DNA from: Hormiphora californensis
Lineage: Eukaryota > Animalia > Ctenophora
DNA: 64,000 nucleotides
NCBI GenBank assembly: GCA_020137815.1
Contig: CM035361.1
Coordinates: 1,612,001-1,676,000, forward strand
Reading direction: 5' to 3'
In this document: piece by piece, positions 1 to 25,191 of the stretch
Layout: every line of letters starts with the position of its first letter
Numbering within the stretch: position 1 is the first letter of the stretch
Program-made: the position numbers and the translations under genes
Notes under the pieces: model-generated
Seen by the model: the letters and a program-made list of their open reading frames with translations, nothing else
The model's database searches: none
What the model was told of the DNA's origin: nothing

Positions 1-165
1 TAGCAAAGTTGGACCCTCTCACACACAGCTAGCAAAGTTAGACCCTCTCACACACAGCTAGCAAAGTTGGACCCTCTCACACACAGCTAGCAAAGTTGGA
101 CCCTCTCACACACAGCTAGCAAAGTTAGACCCACTCACACACAGCTAGCAAGGTTAGACCCTCTC
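1..165. repeat. 29-bp tandem repeat (TAGCAAAGTTGGACCCTCTCACACACAGC), about 5.5 copies, truncated by the window edge, inside a MARK intron
   Basis: Unit read directly from the sequence. Confidence 0.9.
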
Positions 166-387
166 ATGTTCACACTGCACAGTAGCATGACACACTGATC
201 TCTACCATACGACAAGACTGACAAGTGGGACTATTAGAGGGTGGAGGAAAGTGGAAACAAGTGAACTAGGGGGAAGAGGAAGGGATATGTTTCGTGGGGG
301 ACCAGGATCGGACTTCGCAATTTCTCCATTTTTTGTCGCAACTCATCACTGCTCACTTCACACCGCACACCGCACATGTCCTCTCAC

Positions 388-11501
<11,114 letters not shown>

Positions 11502-11683
11502 CTGAGAGAGAGATGGGGGTTAGAGAGAGGGGGAGTTGTTGGGGAGTTGGGGGTTATCTGCAAAGGTGCTGTGAGCGAGAGAGGAGGGTGGGAATGTTAT
11601 AGGAATATAAAATATGTTTTAAGACACTCAACACGTGTACAAAAAAAGAAGGAGGGGCGTTAGATCATTTGCATGAGGATAGA

Positions 11684-11788
<105 letters not shown>

Positions 11789-12288
11789 AGAGAAAGAGAT
11801 TAGACATGCTTTGCATTTTACACATGTACACACTAAAGCACACAGTTTGCTAGATGACACATGTACAGCTACTTATAATCACTCCAGCACAATACATCAT
11901 GCGAATCCTTCTTTATATTTCGATAGTTTCGAGATAATTCTAAATTCTAGAAACAAATCGAATTTAATTCCGAATATCATGATTTAAAATTACAACCTTG
12001 AAGTTCAACATGAGCTATTTAAATTTAGATGACCAACGCTTTTGACAAGTCGAATGTGAACAAGACATGAGGGAAGTACCATTACTACGTATTTTCGTCT
12101 CTCACCACTAGACTTTTTGACACACCCCTATTATATATATCGGACTATTTGTGGGAGGCATTTAAGTTCCCAACAATACACCTTATTTCTACATTCTGAG
12201 CTTTCCTCTCTCTATTTTATATTCTCCTAAGTTCTCGCTTCCTGGACACTTTGCACCTCACACAACACCGGTTACATACTAAGGAGAT

Positions 12289-12381
<93 letters not shown>

Positions 12382-12500
12382 AGGTACATACACAATACAC
12401 ACATCACATCCCACCCACCAACTTTGCACCTCAATAAGTGTTTGTGTGTGACGTGTGTGTGTGTATCACATTATGACAGAAACACCTGCATGAGTACCTT

Positions 12501-12552
12501 GCCTTGCTCGACCCTGTTTCACCCCGCACAAATGTAAAGGAGGGTTAGAACA
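12501..12552. repeat. Short dispersed repeat (GTTCTAACCCTYCTTTACATTT..GAGAGGKTCGARCAAGG); other copies near 26693-26733 and 38479-38521, partial near 19579 and 25302
   Basis: Same 40-50 nt motif in both orientations at several sites. Confidence 0.7.
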
Positions 12553-13766
12553 TTTGACAATGAGTAACCATTACTACAGTTATACACGTACCCTAATTCG
12601 AAACATCCAACAACAAACAAAAAGAAACTTTCTAGAAATTAGTGGGGGAAGTTGCGCCCACACACTGTCAAATCTCGAAGCATCCCCAGCTGATACAACA
12701 CAAAATATATAAAACCAATTGGGAATGTGTGGGATCATGGTGTTATGTTACATTATCTATTAGTTGAGTAACAACCATTACTTGATTTGAGTACTTGGAG
12801 AAATATGTGTGATATATTTGCCCATTATATAATACCTATCTCTGAGCTGCGAACACTCTGTACGTGTACCGCCAAAAACCGAATCAAGAAAATTTCGGTT
12901 GTTTCCTGAAATTTTTCTATTGCTCAGAGAAACCAGTTCTACTTTCAAACTGGGCGGGACTCGTTTCTTGGTTCATTCTGCACTTCTAAGATATCTTTTC
13001 TGCATTTTTACAACACGTCTGTGCACTACCAGTTCCTAATTATTATTTCCCTTAGTACCACCACACCTACAGAAAACATAATGCTTTGTAGAGAAGAATG
13101 ACGGGGAAAAACAAGAATTTAAGAATGAAAGAACGACCAGAGTTCAGATTGCTCGACCCCCTCTCAGATTACCGGGTAAAGGGGGACTCAGAACAAACCA
13201 CCACAGTTGGGATGTGTGTGTGTGTGCAGTGTGTAGCGCTGTATCATGTTACATACTGTGATGGTACGTTATCAGAACAAGTCACCTTATTTATTTCTTT
13301 ATATACTATTGTCTGCAATTTCAACAACTTTTCAGCAACGCCAGTATTTCATCCTACTACTGATTACCTGTGAAGCTAAGATGTTGGTTACCCTATCAAG
13401 GGGAGGTGCCTGGATGTCCTGCATTCTATAATAGTCTCTACATGTCCTGCATTACATGATCCTGAGAGTGCTACCAGATCATTCCGGAAAACTAGGAAAC
13501 AATATATCTTTTATATTATCGTCTAGATAAGAACGACGATATATATGACATCACCATGACGACGTTATGGTCAGGATTCCAGCTAAAAGACTAGAATCTG
13601 TCTCCTAAAACCTAATAGTACAACGCTTGTGGACACCCTGCATGCAGGCGGGAATGTATCAACCGTATCAGGATATGTATTTGATGTAGGATCACTAGAG
13701 AGAGAGAGGCTTGTATGACAAAACAGGAAACCAAGGTACATAGAGAATAGGTGGGAGACAGAGAGT

Positions 13767-13830
<64 letters not shown>

Positions 13831-13872
13831 AAGATAGAGACAGAGAGGGAGAGAGAGATAGAGAGAGAGAGG

Positions 13873-13966
<94 letters not shown>

Positions 13967-14385
13967 AGAGAGAGAGAGAGAGAGAAAGAGTGTGTCTGTC
14001 CCCCGGTTTGCTAACACATCGAAGGAGAGGTGATATGAGACATCGGACTCCGATGTGGGGCAGGAGCTGAAAGATCGGCGCTTTTTTGTTCCTGTGCTGG
14101 GCAGTGGGCACGATGGAACAAGATCGGGTAAGACACACTAGAGAGACACACTAGACTAGATCTACCAGAAAACATGACCTGAGGGCTAACCTGTATATTT
14201 CTTTCTTTTCGTATGTCAAATGAATGTAGTTTGAACACACGCACACGCCTTCTGTCTCTCTCCTGCCATTTTCATTTCTCTATTCTCTTACTTACGTCTT
14301 ACAAGTCTCCTGTCTTTCTTCTTTTCTCCCTCTAACTCTCCTCACTCTCTCTCTCTATTCCCCTCCCTGTCTCTCTCTCTCTCTC

Positions 14386-14449
<64 letters not shown>

Positions 14450-14589
14450 TCTATTTCCCTCCCTGTCTCTCTAGCAGCTCGACAATAGTACTGCACGTGT
14501 CGGTGTGTCGGTAATTCGATTTCTGTGCAAAGTTGTGCACTCGCTTCCCTGCGTAGTGTACTGCTTTGAAGGAGAACGAAAGAGAGAGT

Positions 14590-14673
<84 letters not shown>

Positions 14674-14774
14674 TAAATGGTGTGAACGTCAATTAGCTTT
14701 ATGCCAGTGAAAGACATTGTACAAGGTACTTTATTAGCTACTGAAGTCTGAACCCAGTTCAGCAAACATGTCCA

Positions 14775-14829
<55 letters not shown>

Positions 14830-15118
14830 GCTCTCTCTCTTTCTCTCTCTCTTATACCACCTCCCTCCGAACAATACAATGTACACAGTACAGTACAGGC
14901 TACACTCCTGACCAGAAGTCGCCTGGTGCCTGGATTTTCAACATTCTTGAAAAATACTGTAAGTTGTATGTTTGTTTGTTTGTTTGTCACTAAACCATGG
15001 GATACGCTCAGCAAACCTCCATACCAACCCGGGTATGTGGTAACTATGGCGCTGAGTCCCTTTCTCTCCCCTGGGAGAGAAAGAGACTCATGGTTTAAAT
15101 TTCTGGAACATTCGAGAG

Positions 15119-15285
15119 GATCTTGGTCCGTTAGGTAACGTTTTGCCTTTGAGGGGGTCTTGGTCGGGTAGGTAACATTTTGCCTTTGAGAGGGTCTTGG
15201 TCTTGAAAATAGGTAACGTTTTGCCTTTGAGAGGGTCTTGGTCGGGTAGGTAACGTTTTGCCTTTGAGAGGGTCTTGGTCTGGTT
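15119..15285. repeat. Minisatellite of about 37-40 bp (GGTAACGTTTTGCCTTTGAGAGGGTCTTGGTC..), 4 copies
   Basis: Direct reading. Confidence 0.8.
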
Positions 15286-15706
15286 TGATATTTATCGTAT
15301 TTGTTGGTCTGTCTGGGGCACACTCTCAAGCTATGTCTTGTCTTACTCTTAATTATTGAATAGTCAATTACATTCACAATATCAACTGTACACAATAAAT
15401 GAACAAACAATACGGACAGGTGAACTTACGACCTTGATGAATGATTGGTACCGTGATGTTGTTGGTGATGAGATGAGAGGTGTAAACATTTCCAATGGTG
15501 ACAAAGAACGAAAACGATCAAACACAAACAATGGGTTGGGCAGATTGTAGCACCACTAGAGTGTAAAATGTTCTAGAAGACGATTCGGATGAGATAGATA
15601 ATAACATTTGTTAGTTGTTACACGCGATAAGCGACTTAGTGCACCAAAACACAAGGATTGTCTCTGTAGTGTGGTGTTTTGCAATGTCCGCTATATTGGG
15701 AGAGAA

Positions 15707-16247
15707 TATTGGAAAAAAATTGTTGCTGTAATTTAGTAATGAGACCAGGCCAGGCCCGAGAGACAGTTCAGTGGTAACTGGGAGGTCATGTGTGATGGAA
15801 ATGAGAACTAGAGGCAGATTTGAGTTGCATTTTATTGAGGAAAATAGCCCTTTTTAGTGTCTGAGACAAGCAAAAGTGAAACGAAATGCAACGTAACGAA
15901 CGAGTAATGAATAGAATTCTGCTCTGTGACTTGTTAGTGCTCCTTTATCAAACACGCAATGGCAAAGTACAAAGTTTCCCAAATTTAATTAAATGCGAAA
16001 TTTCAAAGTTTTGGTCGATTTTGGCCAAAATTGCTGCCCTAAACTAACTATTGGAAAAAAATTGTTGCTGTAATTTAGTAATGAGACCAGGCCAGGCCCG
16101 AGAGACAGTTCAGTGGTAACTGGGAGGTCATGTGTGATGGAAATGAGAACTAGAGGCAGATTTGAGTTGCATTTTATTGAGGAAAATAGCCCTTTTTAGT
16201 GTCTGAGACAAGCAAAAGTGAAACGAAATGCAACGTAACGAACGAGT
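15707..16247. repeat. 199-bp direct repeat pair (15707-15905 and 16049-16247) separated by 143 bp
   Basis: Copies appear identical by eye; no TG..CA LTR termini. Confidence 0.85.
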
Positions 16248-16371
16248 CCTGTAAGTTGTATCTCACACAATCATTTCATTACAACAACATTTTACTGGTT
16301 TCTTCCCCAGTAGCTCAGGACGCCATATATGGGCATCACGTGACACAAACACCTTATATGGGCACACATAC

Positions 16372-17295
16372 CTGTTTCTTCACCAGTAGCTGCATCCCCA
16401 CCCCGGGGATGTACACAGCCAGCACCTCAGGTCTGAGATCCTGAGAACTGAACGGCAACCCCTTGGCAGTTGGTGCGTACTTCATTAAGTTGGAAGGTGG
16501 GTCGTAGTAGAGAGGTCGTGTAGGTGGTTCCTGATAGTAGTCATCCAGTAGAGGGGGAATGAAAGGAGAGGGAAGTCGCGATGGCGCTGGAGAATGGGCC
16601 GGACTGAGGTTCTGGTGAATCATTGTTCTGTATAGTTGTTGTTGTGGCGGTGGGAGGTTATCCCGCACAGCGACACCAGGGTAACTATGGTTACTTGGGG
16701 GGTTGTTATGGTAACCATGGCGAACGTGGTAACCATGGTTACCCTGGAGGTTGTTGGTAACTTGTAGAGGAATGTTTTGTGGTGGAACCGCTGATTGAAC
16801 TCGTTGTATGGGACTGCTGTACTGGTTTTGAACAATTGCTCGGCGGTTCAACATACTGGATTCAGGAGCTGGAAGATGGTGTTGTGGAACTACAGGGGAC
16901 CCTTGGGGGTGCACAATTCCTCTATTGAATTGCTGAGGGCTCACAATTCCATGAATCTGTCTGTTTCCCAGCATGTTTCCCACCATGTGTCTGTTTCCAT
17001 TGTATTGGGTTGCGGTATTAATTGGCCGGCCATTCCCTACTGCCGCGGGAGAACCAAACAAGGGCTGTGTTAGAGCAGCGTGTTGAGGGGGAATGAAGGG
17101 ACGAGCCGCATTGGATGGGATCCCAAATTGAGTAACTTGTTGAGTGGGACATTGTTGGATCCCAAATTGAGTAACTTGTTGAGTGGGATATTGGTTCAGT
17201 ATCCCCAATCTATTCAAGTGGTTCACACCATTGTTAAATAGTCTGTGGTCTGGGCTATAGAGATCCCTCTGCTGTAGAGCACCTACAAAATGCAT
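16372..17295 (-). CDS. Q/P/N-rich 308-codon exon, probable alternative N-terminal exon of MARK
   Basis: Long non-microsatellite ORF ending ..LLVKKQ at a CAG/GTATGT donor in phase 0, matching the phase-0 acceptor at 11501; acceptor-like TTGTTCCAG 7 nt before the ATG. Confidence 0.65.
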
Positions 17296-17922
17296 CTGGC
17301 ATCTGGAACAACCAACAGGATCAGAGGTTTTGAGAGATGACTCAGAATGAACTAATCAAATGAGCGAGAAGGAATATACAGGTAAATACAACCAATGAAC
17401 CGTTAAAAGGACAACATCATTTTAGTGACATGTTGACACACCACTTATTTAGGGATTGGACTTGTTATGTGCATATTCACACATAGTTTAGTGGTTTTTA
17501 GTAGCCTCTCGGTGTAATGTAATGATAATACGCTTGCATAATATACTGCCACTGGACCTGTATTTCTGTGGTGTATTACTGTTTTGTGTATTGTATTGTG
17601 TACATCATCCGACAAGCCTCTATGTCTATAAATATATGTTCATATAATGTGTCTTTCTGACAACTTGGTTATTGGCGGTTGAACAGTGAAATGTAGTTGC
17701 CCATGATAAAACTCCTGTTTGTTTGTTGAGGATGGTCCACGAACAATGTACATTGTATAGTTTGTACTGTGTATTGTACATTGTATAGTTTGTACTGTGT
17801 ATTGTACATTCATCAATACATTGTACACGATGCCATTATATAGACAAACAGTACTCTCTTCAAGTGCTTTGTAGCATATAATAAAGTGTATATATTCTGT
17901 GTCAGACAAGTATGGAGGGAGG

Positions 17923-17983
<61 letters not shown>

Positions 17984-18559
17984 CTGATAGAGAGAAGTAG
18001 ATAAACTTATCAAAGAGTGGGGCTAGGACTCTCTTACACAGTTGCTACCCTCTGACATTTCAGAATTGGCAGATATATTAGCTGAGATCTGGGGAGCAAG
18101 TGTCTAGTAGATATCAGCTAAGAGAAACGAGACAAGATAGATAAGATACTGGGGAGCAGGTGTCTAGTAGAAGTCGAGGGGGAAACCATGTAACAAACAC
18201 ACATTACACAATATTACACTGAGATATCTGTAACCAAGATATATCTAATGGTCAGCTGGGCAAATCTACCGTGTGTTTTGGGTTTTGTACACGTGTAATC
18301 TCCAAAAACAGTAAATTACGGTGTGCATGTGCATGTTGTTATTTGACACATGAGGCATTGAACTTTATACCTCCTTTCTCTATACCTTCTTTTTTCTTTA
18401 TGCCTTCTCAATCGACTATTGCTTTTCTAAAAGCCGCTAAAAACGAGTTTATATAACCGGTTGTGCTGTATTATTCAAAAGATCCAAAGTTGGGCATATA
18501 TCAATCGTGCAGATATCTCTATTAGTTGTGCAGCAGGGGGGACTGCAAAAAACATTTAA

Positions 18560-19449
18560 CCCTTTGGGGACGATAAGCCCCCTGTCGACAGAATTCTCTT
18601 AAACTTTCTGGAGACACTTACTTTGAACCTACTTAAACGTAGGAAAAGGAATTTTGGTTCTACCACCTGTATTTCTATTGGGTCACCTGTGACCCAATCG
18701 TCCCCTAACGCTAAAACAGGAATTGAGATTTCGCAGCTATTTTGCCCCATAACTCGAAAACCGTTCATTTTAGGCCCTATGTTTCTTCATAACACTTATA
18801 TAAACCCGGTCGTTCTGCACATTTTGCACACCCTATGGACCTCTCTTTCTCATCTGTAGCCGATTTTAGAATTTCAAAATTGGCCGAGATGAAAAATTTT
18901 CTGAAGGAGCACGGATCTCAAAAATTTTTTTTATCGACTCCCTTGGATGTTGAGATAACAATGATGGAGTCGGTTAGTCGCTAGCACCTGTTTAAAAAAT
19001 GCCGTTTTGGACTTTTATCGCCGGCCATTCCTTTAGAAATGCTCGTAAAATGCAAATTTCTGTTTTAGCGTTAGGGGACGATTGGGTCACAGGTGACCCA
19101 GCACTTTGAAGGCCTCTGAGAGGCACAAAATTTGCTATATCACCCTGAAACTTTACCCCGGAGTAAAATATACACTTTTCTTGCATTTTCCAAGTCCATT
19201 TTAAGCATACTCGTACCAAATACCAATTTTGAGATATGGCCATTAAACTACCCATTTTGCCTACCAAATGCACTGTTTTAGCCCTGTTTTCCGAAGTCGA
19301 CGACTTCAGAGGCTCAAAACGACCTCAAAATGGTAGAAAAATGTATGTTTCAACCCTGGAAACAATTTAAAACTTTCAAACGTGGTCTAGAAAGACGCTA
19401 AATGGGTTCAAAGTATTGGGTCACCTGTGACCCAATCGTCTCCAAAGGG
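18560..19449. mobile_element. Non-autonomous piggyBac-like element, 890 bp
   Basis: TTAA at 18556-18559 and 19450-19453; 15-bp TIR CCCTTTGG(G/A)GACGAT; internal TGGGTCACCTGTGACCCA repeats in both orientations. Confidence 0.9.
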
Positions 19450-19939
19450 TTAATCTTGTGCAACATTAAAAGACATCCTGTGCGACAAGATATAACCAAG
19501 TATTTCGCTCCGGAAGCCGGAAGGGCTCCAGAATAGTTATTGCATGCTCTCACTGTGCCCCAGTAGTATTTACACATGTTGTAAAGGAAGGTTAGAACAT
19601 AACATGTTGAACACTGGTTAATAATTTCATGGAAAATGAGAAAAACTATTGATTTAGTTGACTAATTGAGAGAGAGAAGCAACCCATCACTTGTCATGGT
19701 GTGACGTCCGGAGGGATATAACAATATTACGTAAAGTAACATGATCAGTCTATGTGTAATCCAATTTGTGATCCTCATAAACACTTTGGGACCTATTGCT
19801 CTAGTAATTATCTCCCCTCAACTTTCAATTGTTCAACTTTGAAACTGGATACTAGTTGACACGCACAACAACAAAGAGTGCTCCTTCATAAAACTAGCTT
19901 CAAACACACAGACGCTCCTTCATAAAACTTTCTTTTTCT

Positions 19940-19973
<34 letters not shown>

Positions 19974-20768
19974 CTGCAACATGCTCATGCATGACGTCAA
20001 AGTAAATCTTTCACACAATCCAAAGGGGACAGTCCCCCATGCTTACATAATACACAATAGATGTGGAGAGAAAGAGGTGAGAGCGGGCAAAAATTCAAAA
20101 TAAACATTTTATGCAACACACTCTAACACACACACAAAGGATGCATCAATCGCATTTCATTAAATGGAAATATGCAATAGCGTTTAATCATATAATGAGA
20201 CATATAAATAATGCTTTATACAAACATGAAATATATACAGGGAAGCAAGCACATGTACTGTTTATGCATTACACAATATGTACTGTTTATGCATTACACA
20301 TGTACTGTTTATGCACATAACACATGAGCTACTGCACCTACCCTGTTGGAAACAGATGTCCTCGGCCGGGACTGAGAGAAGGGAGACAAGGTCAGCAAGA
20401 ATAGCAGTTCAGGGGAATCATTGGGGTTGGGAGGGGGAGTTTAGGTAGGGTTCTTGGTTGGTTAAACTATCATAGAGATGGTAGAGCAGTGTACTGCAGA
20501 GGTGAGGTGGTATATAATAATGAAAATATTGGGGCCGTTGGGTTATAGTAAAGGGGGCTCCCCCTGCTTCATTACGATTTAGTTTATCCCTTTTTCGGAG
20601 ATGATCTGCAGACGCTTTCAAAAAATAATGGTGCATAATTACGCATATAAATGGGTCGAGACGACTGATTCGAGAGAAGAGTATAAAGGCCAGACGACAG
20701 GGTAACAAGACATTAAAATGTTGATTTTTGCTAAAAGGGAGGGTGGTTGAAAAAAAGAAGGAACTTAC

Positions 20769-20819
20769 GGAAGACTCGGGGCGGGTGAATTGGTGTTGTT
20801 GTGTGGCTGATGTTGACAT
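20769..20819 (-). CDS. Probable short first coding exon of MARK (MSTSATQQHQFTRPESS)
   Basis: ATG then 17 codons then a perfect GTAAGT donor in phase 0, joining in frame to 11501. Confidence 0.6.
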
Positions 20820-21558
20820 TGCTCTTCCTTCTAGCTCATCTTTTATTCACCGTTACATTTCTACTGGCTGGACGAGATCTGTCAGATTTGGGAGAGAAAT
20901 ACAAATGTATCACCAACTGTATATTTTTTCAACAGTTCACCTCCTTTTACCACGCATTTCGTGGTTGTGTGTGACAACTTAACCCGCACGTACGTGTGCT
21001 CTCACAGCGGCAGGAACTGCATATCAACGGAAAGACAACAATTTTGTGAGCACATAAAATTTTGGTTGGACGAATTAGGTTTAGAAACAAAGCCGTGAGA
21101 ACCAAAACAAGTTTCCGACGTCCCCACTCACACGATCAAATAGATAAAGTGTATAATTAACTGAAATAATAATCGCAATCGGGTAATCGATAGCACCCTG
21201 TCTGTCGGAAGCAGGAAGCTGTAGATGAAACTTGACAATTAATTGCAATTTGAACTTATTATCTTTTTAGTTTTAACTTTTAGGCAAAAAAGCAAGAGAC
21301 ACTATCTCTGATCTCCCAGCTGATGAGGTTTGTTTTACCCTGGGTCACTTTTTCGAGTTCAAAGACCTGTAGGAAGTAATTGACTGTTCCTGGCGGTGTC
21401 AGTTAAGCGTACAGTGTAAAAAAGAAAGACTAAGAGTCGCTAGTGATAACAGAACGCAGAGGGATTCCAGAATTCAGGCTTCAGCGATTGCACATAACTG
21501 GAAAAAGAGCAATTTTGAGTAACTGATTTATATATTATTTTTTAGCATTGCATAACTA

Positions 21559-23106
21559 ATGTGTTACCACAAATCAGATATGAATAAAATGAAAGAACTA
21601 TTGAGTGATATTGACTGGGATATTCTTTGGGATTTATGTGAATCACTTGAGAACATCGATAGGCTCACAGCATTCACAAACCTACTAACCCTCACTGTCC
21701 TCCAGGTCACATGCCTTTGTGCTCCACCCAGGAAAATCCATGGAAACTCTGAAGCTGGAAAGGATAGAGAGCTCACCAAGCTTGAGGCGAAGAGGAGGAG
21801 GAGGGAAACTCGTGGAGAAGGGGGCCAACCGAACCAGAGTGGCGAAGCTGGAAGCCCTCGCAGCCGAGTGCATAAACAATATCAAGGAACACCTCATCAA
21901 CAAAATCAACAAAGAGGAAGACAAAGCAGTGGGACAGATCAAAAAGAATCCTAAAGCTTTTTATTCTTTTGCGAAGAGGAAAAGGAAAGTACAATCGACA
22001 GTTGGACCACTTCTATCCCCGAATGGAGAGCTGACGGACGATCCACTGAGGAAAGCCGAACTGCTACAAGACCAATATGTAAAGGTGTTTAGTGACCCTG
22101 CATTGGTCAACGTAGAAGACGCCCTGAGGGATATTGAAGACAGAGAGGCAGAGCTCACGCACATCGAGCTCTCCCCTGCAGCCATAGAAGGTGCACTAAA
22201 GGAACTCAACCCACAGTCTGCAGCTCCTAAGGGCGACATCCCATCCATTATTCTACATGAGGCCAGGGAGCAACTATGCTACCCACTGTGGATACTGTGG
22301 AATGAGTCCTTTGATCGTGGATTCATCCCCGATGAGCTGAAGAGGCAACAGATTGCCCCGATTTTCAAGAAGGGGGACAAGAGCCTTCCAGAGAACTACC
22401 GACCAGTAGCACTAACGAGCCATGTTACAAAAACATTTGAACGAGTGGTTAGGCAGCAACTGGCTGATTTTGTGGAAAGGGCAGGGATCATCAATGAGGA
22501 GCAGCATGGATTCCGGTCAGGGAGGAGCTGTTTGACGCAACTACTCCACCACTACGATGCGATCCTGGAGGATCTGAACAACGGCCACGAAGTAGATGTG
22601 GCCTATATAGATTTTGCTAAAGCTTTTTCACTCGAAGGATTGCCGATTGCAAAGGCAAAAACTACTGGGAACGATTGGAACATCTGCAGATCCTATCACT
22701 GCAACGAAGACGAGAACGATACATGATAATTCACATGTGGAAAATCTACCAGGGGTTAGCACCGAACAGCACAAACATGTCGTTCTACGTTCACCAGCGG
22801 CACGGCCCAAAGGCAGTTGTCCCCCGTCTCATAACAACGGCCCAAAAATCAGTGCAGACGCTACGAGATGCGTCTTTTGGGGTTAGGGCGGCCCAACTCT
22901 TCAATAGGATGCCGGACGACGTACGACTGGCACCATCTCTCGACAGCCTGAAAGTTAGACTTGGAGACTTCCTCGCTACAGTCCCCGACTTTCCACCTGT
23001 CAGAGGCTACACAAGCCCCCGAGATAATTCCCTGGTAGCCCGTCTCACCGAGGGAAAGTAGGTTCATTCATTTACAAGATTACAAGATTACAAGATTACA
23101 AGATTA
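21559..23106 (+). mobile_element. 5'-truncated, internally deleted CR1/L2-like non-LTR retrotransposon ORF2 remnant
   Basis: KKNPKAFYSF, PIFKKGDKSLPENYRPVALTS, QHGFRSGRSCLTQLL, YIDFAKAF, then a jump near 22627 to the C-terminal YWERL..SLQRRRERYMII; the YADD region is missing; (CAAGATTA)n at 23074-23106. Confidence 0.9.
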
Positions 23107-23389
23107 AAATTATATTTATAATGTCAATAAATTAAATAAATGTAATTATTGACACCCCGCTAATACACTAAACATATTGGTTCACAAGTATTAAAAAATA
23201 AATATGTCCAACATGCGGACGTTTCCGCCCGTAGCTACCTCTAGCTGGGTTATCTCGTCTAATTCAAACACTCTTCAATATCACATTGTATGTACAAAAA
23301 ACAGAATCAATAAACTGTCGTGATAACAAGTGATGAGTAGCGTGTAGAAGGGATGTTGTAGATAGTTTGTAGAATGAGGAATGAGGATG

Positions 23390-24120
23390 TGCTCGATATG
23401 GAGCAGCGCAAGGAAAAGGACCCAGGGATCGATGTGGAGGAGGTAGGAGTAAAGGACCCAGGGATCGATGAGGAGCAAGGTAGGAGTAAAGGACCCAGGG
23501 ATCGATGTGGAGGAGGTAGGAGTAAAGGACCCAGGGATCGATGTGGAGCAGGTAGGAGTAGAGGACCCAGGGATCGATGTGGAGCAAGGTAGGGAAAGGA
23601 CCCAGGAATCGATGTGGAGGAGGTAGGAGTAAAGGACCCAGGGATCGATGTGAAGGAGGTTGGGAAAAGACCCAGGGATCGATGTGGAGCAAGGTAGGGA
23701 AAGGACCCAGGAATCGATGTGGAGGAGGTAGGAGTAAAGGACCCAGGGATCGATGTGGAGGAGGTAGGAGTAAAGGACCCAGGGATCGATGTGGAGGAGG
23801 TAGAAGTAGAGGACCCAGGGATCGATATGGAGCAAGGTAGGGAAAGGACCCAGGAATCGATGTGGAGGAGGTAGGAGTAAAAGACCCAGGGATCGATGTG
23901 AAGGAGGTTGGGAAAGGACCCAGGGATCGATGTGGAGCAAGGTAGGGAAAGGACCCAGGAATCGATGTGGAGGAGGTAGGAGTAAAGGACCCAGGGATCG
24001 ATGTGGAGGAGGTAGGAGTAGAGGACCCAGGGATCGATGTGGAGGAGGTAGGAGTAAAGGACCCAGGAATCGATGTGGAGGAGGTAGGAGTAGAGGACCC
24101 AGGTATCGATGTGAAGGAAT
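23390..24120. repeat. About 36-bp minisatellite (GGATCGATGTGGAGGAGGTAGGAGTAAAGGACCCAG), about 20 copies
   Basis: Direct reading; it generates spurious ORFs in several frames. Confidence 0.9.
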
Positions 24121-25191
24121 ACACGAGAAAAAGGGAGCCCAGGAATCAGGAATAGGAGTTGGAGACAGTAGTTACTCAGGAATCCATGTGGATGTGCCAA
24201 ATGTAGGGAAGTGAGGATTATTTTGCCGATCATTGGTTGTATGCTCTAAAGAACAAGTTTTAGGCCAAATTTAGGCCACCTCACTGTTTTGTTCACGCGG
24301 AAGTTCTGCTGAGTGCGTTGTATGACTTATGAATTGTACATACTAAAACTTTTTTGTAATCTTGTAATCTTGTAATCTTGTAATGATTTGGACTTAATCG
24401 TACAGGTAGCTGGTGGTAAAAACGCCCGCAGTGAGCAGGGACAGAAAGATTTTAGATTTGAAATTGGCATACGTTGCAGGCCCCTTATAATATAATATAT
24501 GCGGGGGTGCGCGCATGAGGGGGCTGCAGCGCATTCCAAGATTTGAAAAAACTTAAAATTTATTTTTTAAAGTTTTTTGGACGACGCGACGCGCGGCGTC
24601 GAATTGAGTTTGAACAACCAGAGCGCGCAACGCGCGGTCCTCAAACGCAGACAACAATAATATTTCCCGCACCACACGCGACAACGGTTATTCCGGCCTG
24701 CGCCCTGCACTCACTGAGTTAAATACAGTCAGGGCCCTGCAGGGAGCGATTGGGGTGACATTCAATCTCTGGCTCTATACTCTAAAGTCTCAGTCCCCCA
24801 TGTCTTGGACTCTTGGAGTTATGGGCACAGTCGCCAGGACATGTCTGGCGCCGCCATCCAGAGTCCAGACACTGACTGCTTAGGACATGAGTGACTCGCC
24901 TTTGAAAAAGTACAACACGATTCGCCCATCATAATGACAATGGTGACTCACCTGCAGGTGAGTGGTTAATGTAAGATGATGATCTGTCTCTAAAACTGTG
25001 TTCTGAGTAGATTCTCATGGTCTTCATGTGTGTCACTGTCTGTCTAAAGTTTCATTTACTCATTCTCAATCGCCCTACCCAGAAAACCCTTCCCTTATTT
25101 TATTTCGTCTGTTGTTCTAACATACAGCTGGTGTTGAAGTGCCTTACCAAAGGCTCCAAAAGCACCAGCCGCTCTAACCAACCAACCAACC

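Noticed and set aside
14011-14135. Protein-like minus-strand stretch (LPDLVPSCPLPSTGTKKRRSFSS..)
   Set aside because: No convincing start, acceptor or in-phase donor.
13583-14138. SLSLSL/RERERE ORFs here and throughout the track
   Set aside because: Translations of GA/CT microsatellites.
23264-24233. Several 200-300 aa ORFs
   Set aside because: Open in multiple frames only because of a stop-poor minisatellite with frame-breaking unit lengths.
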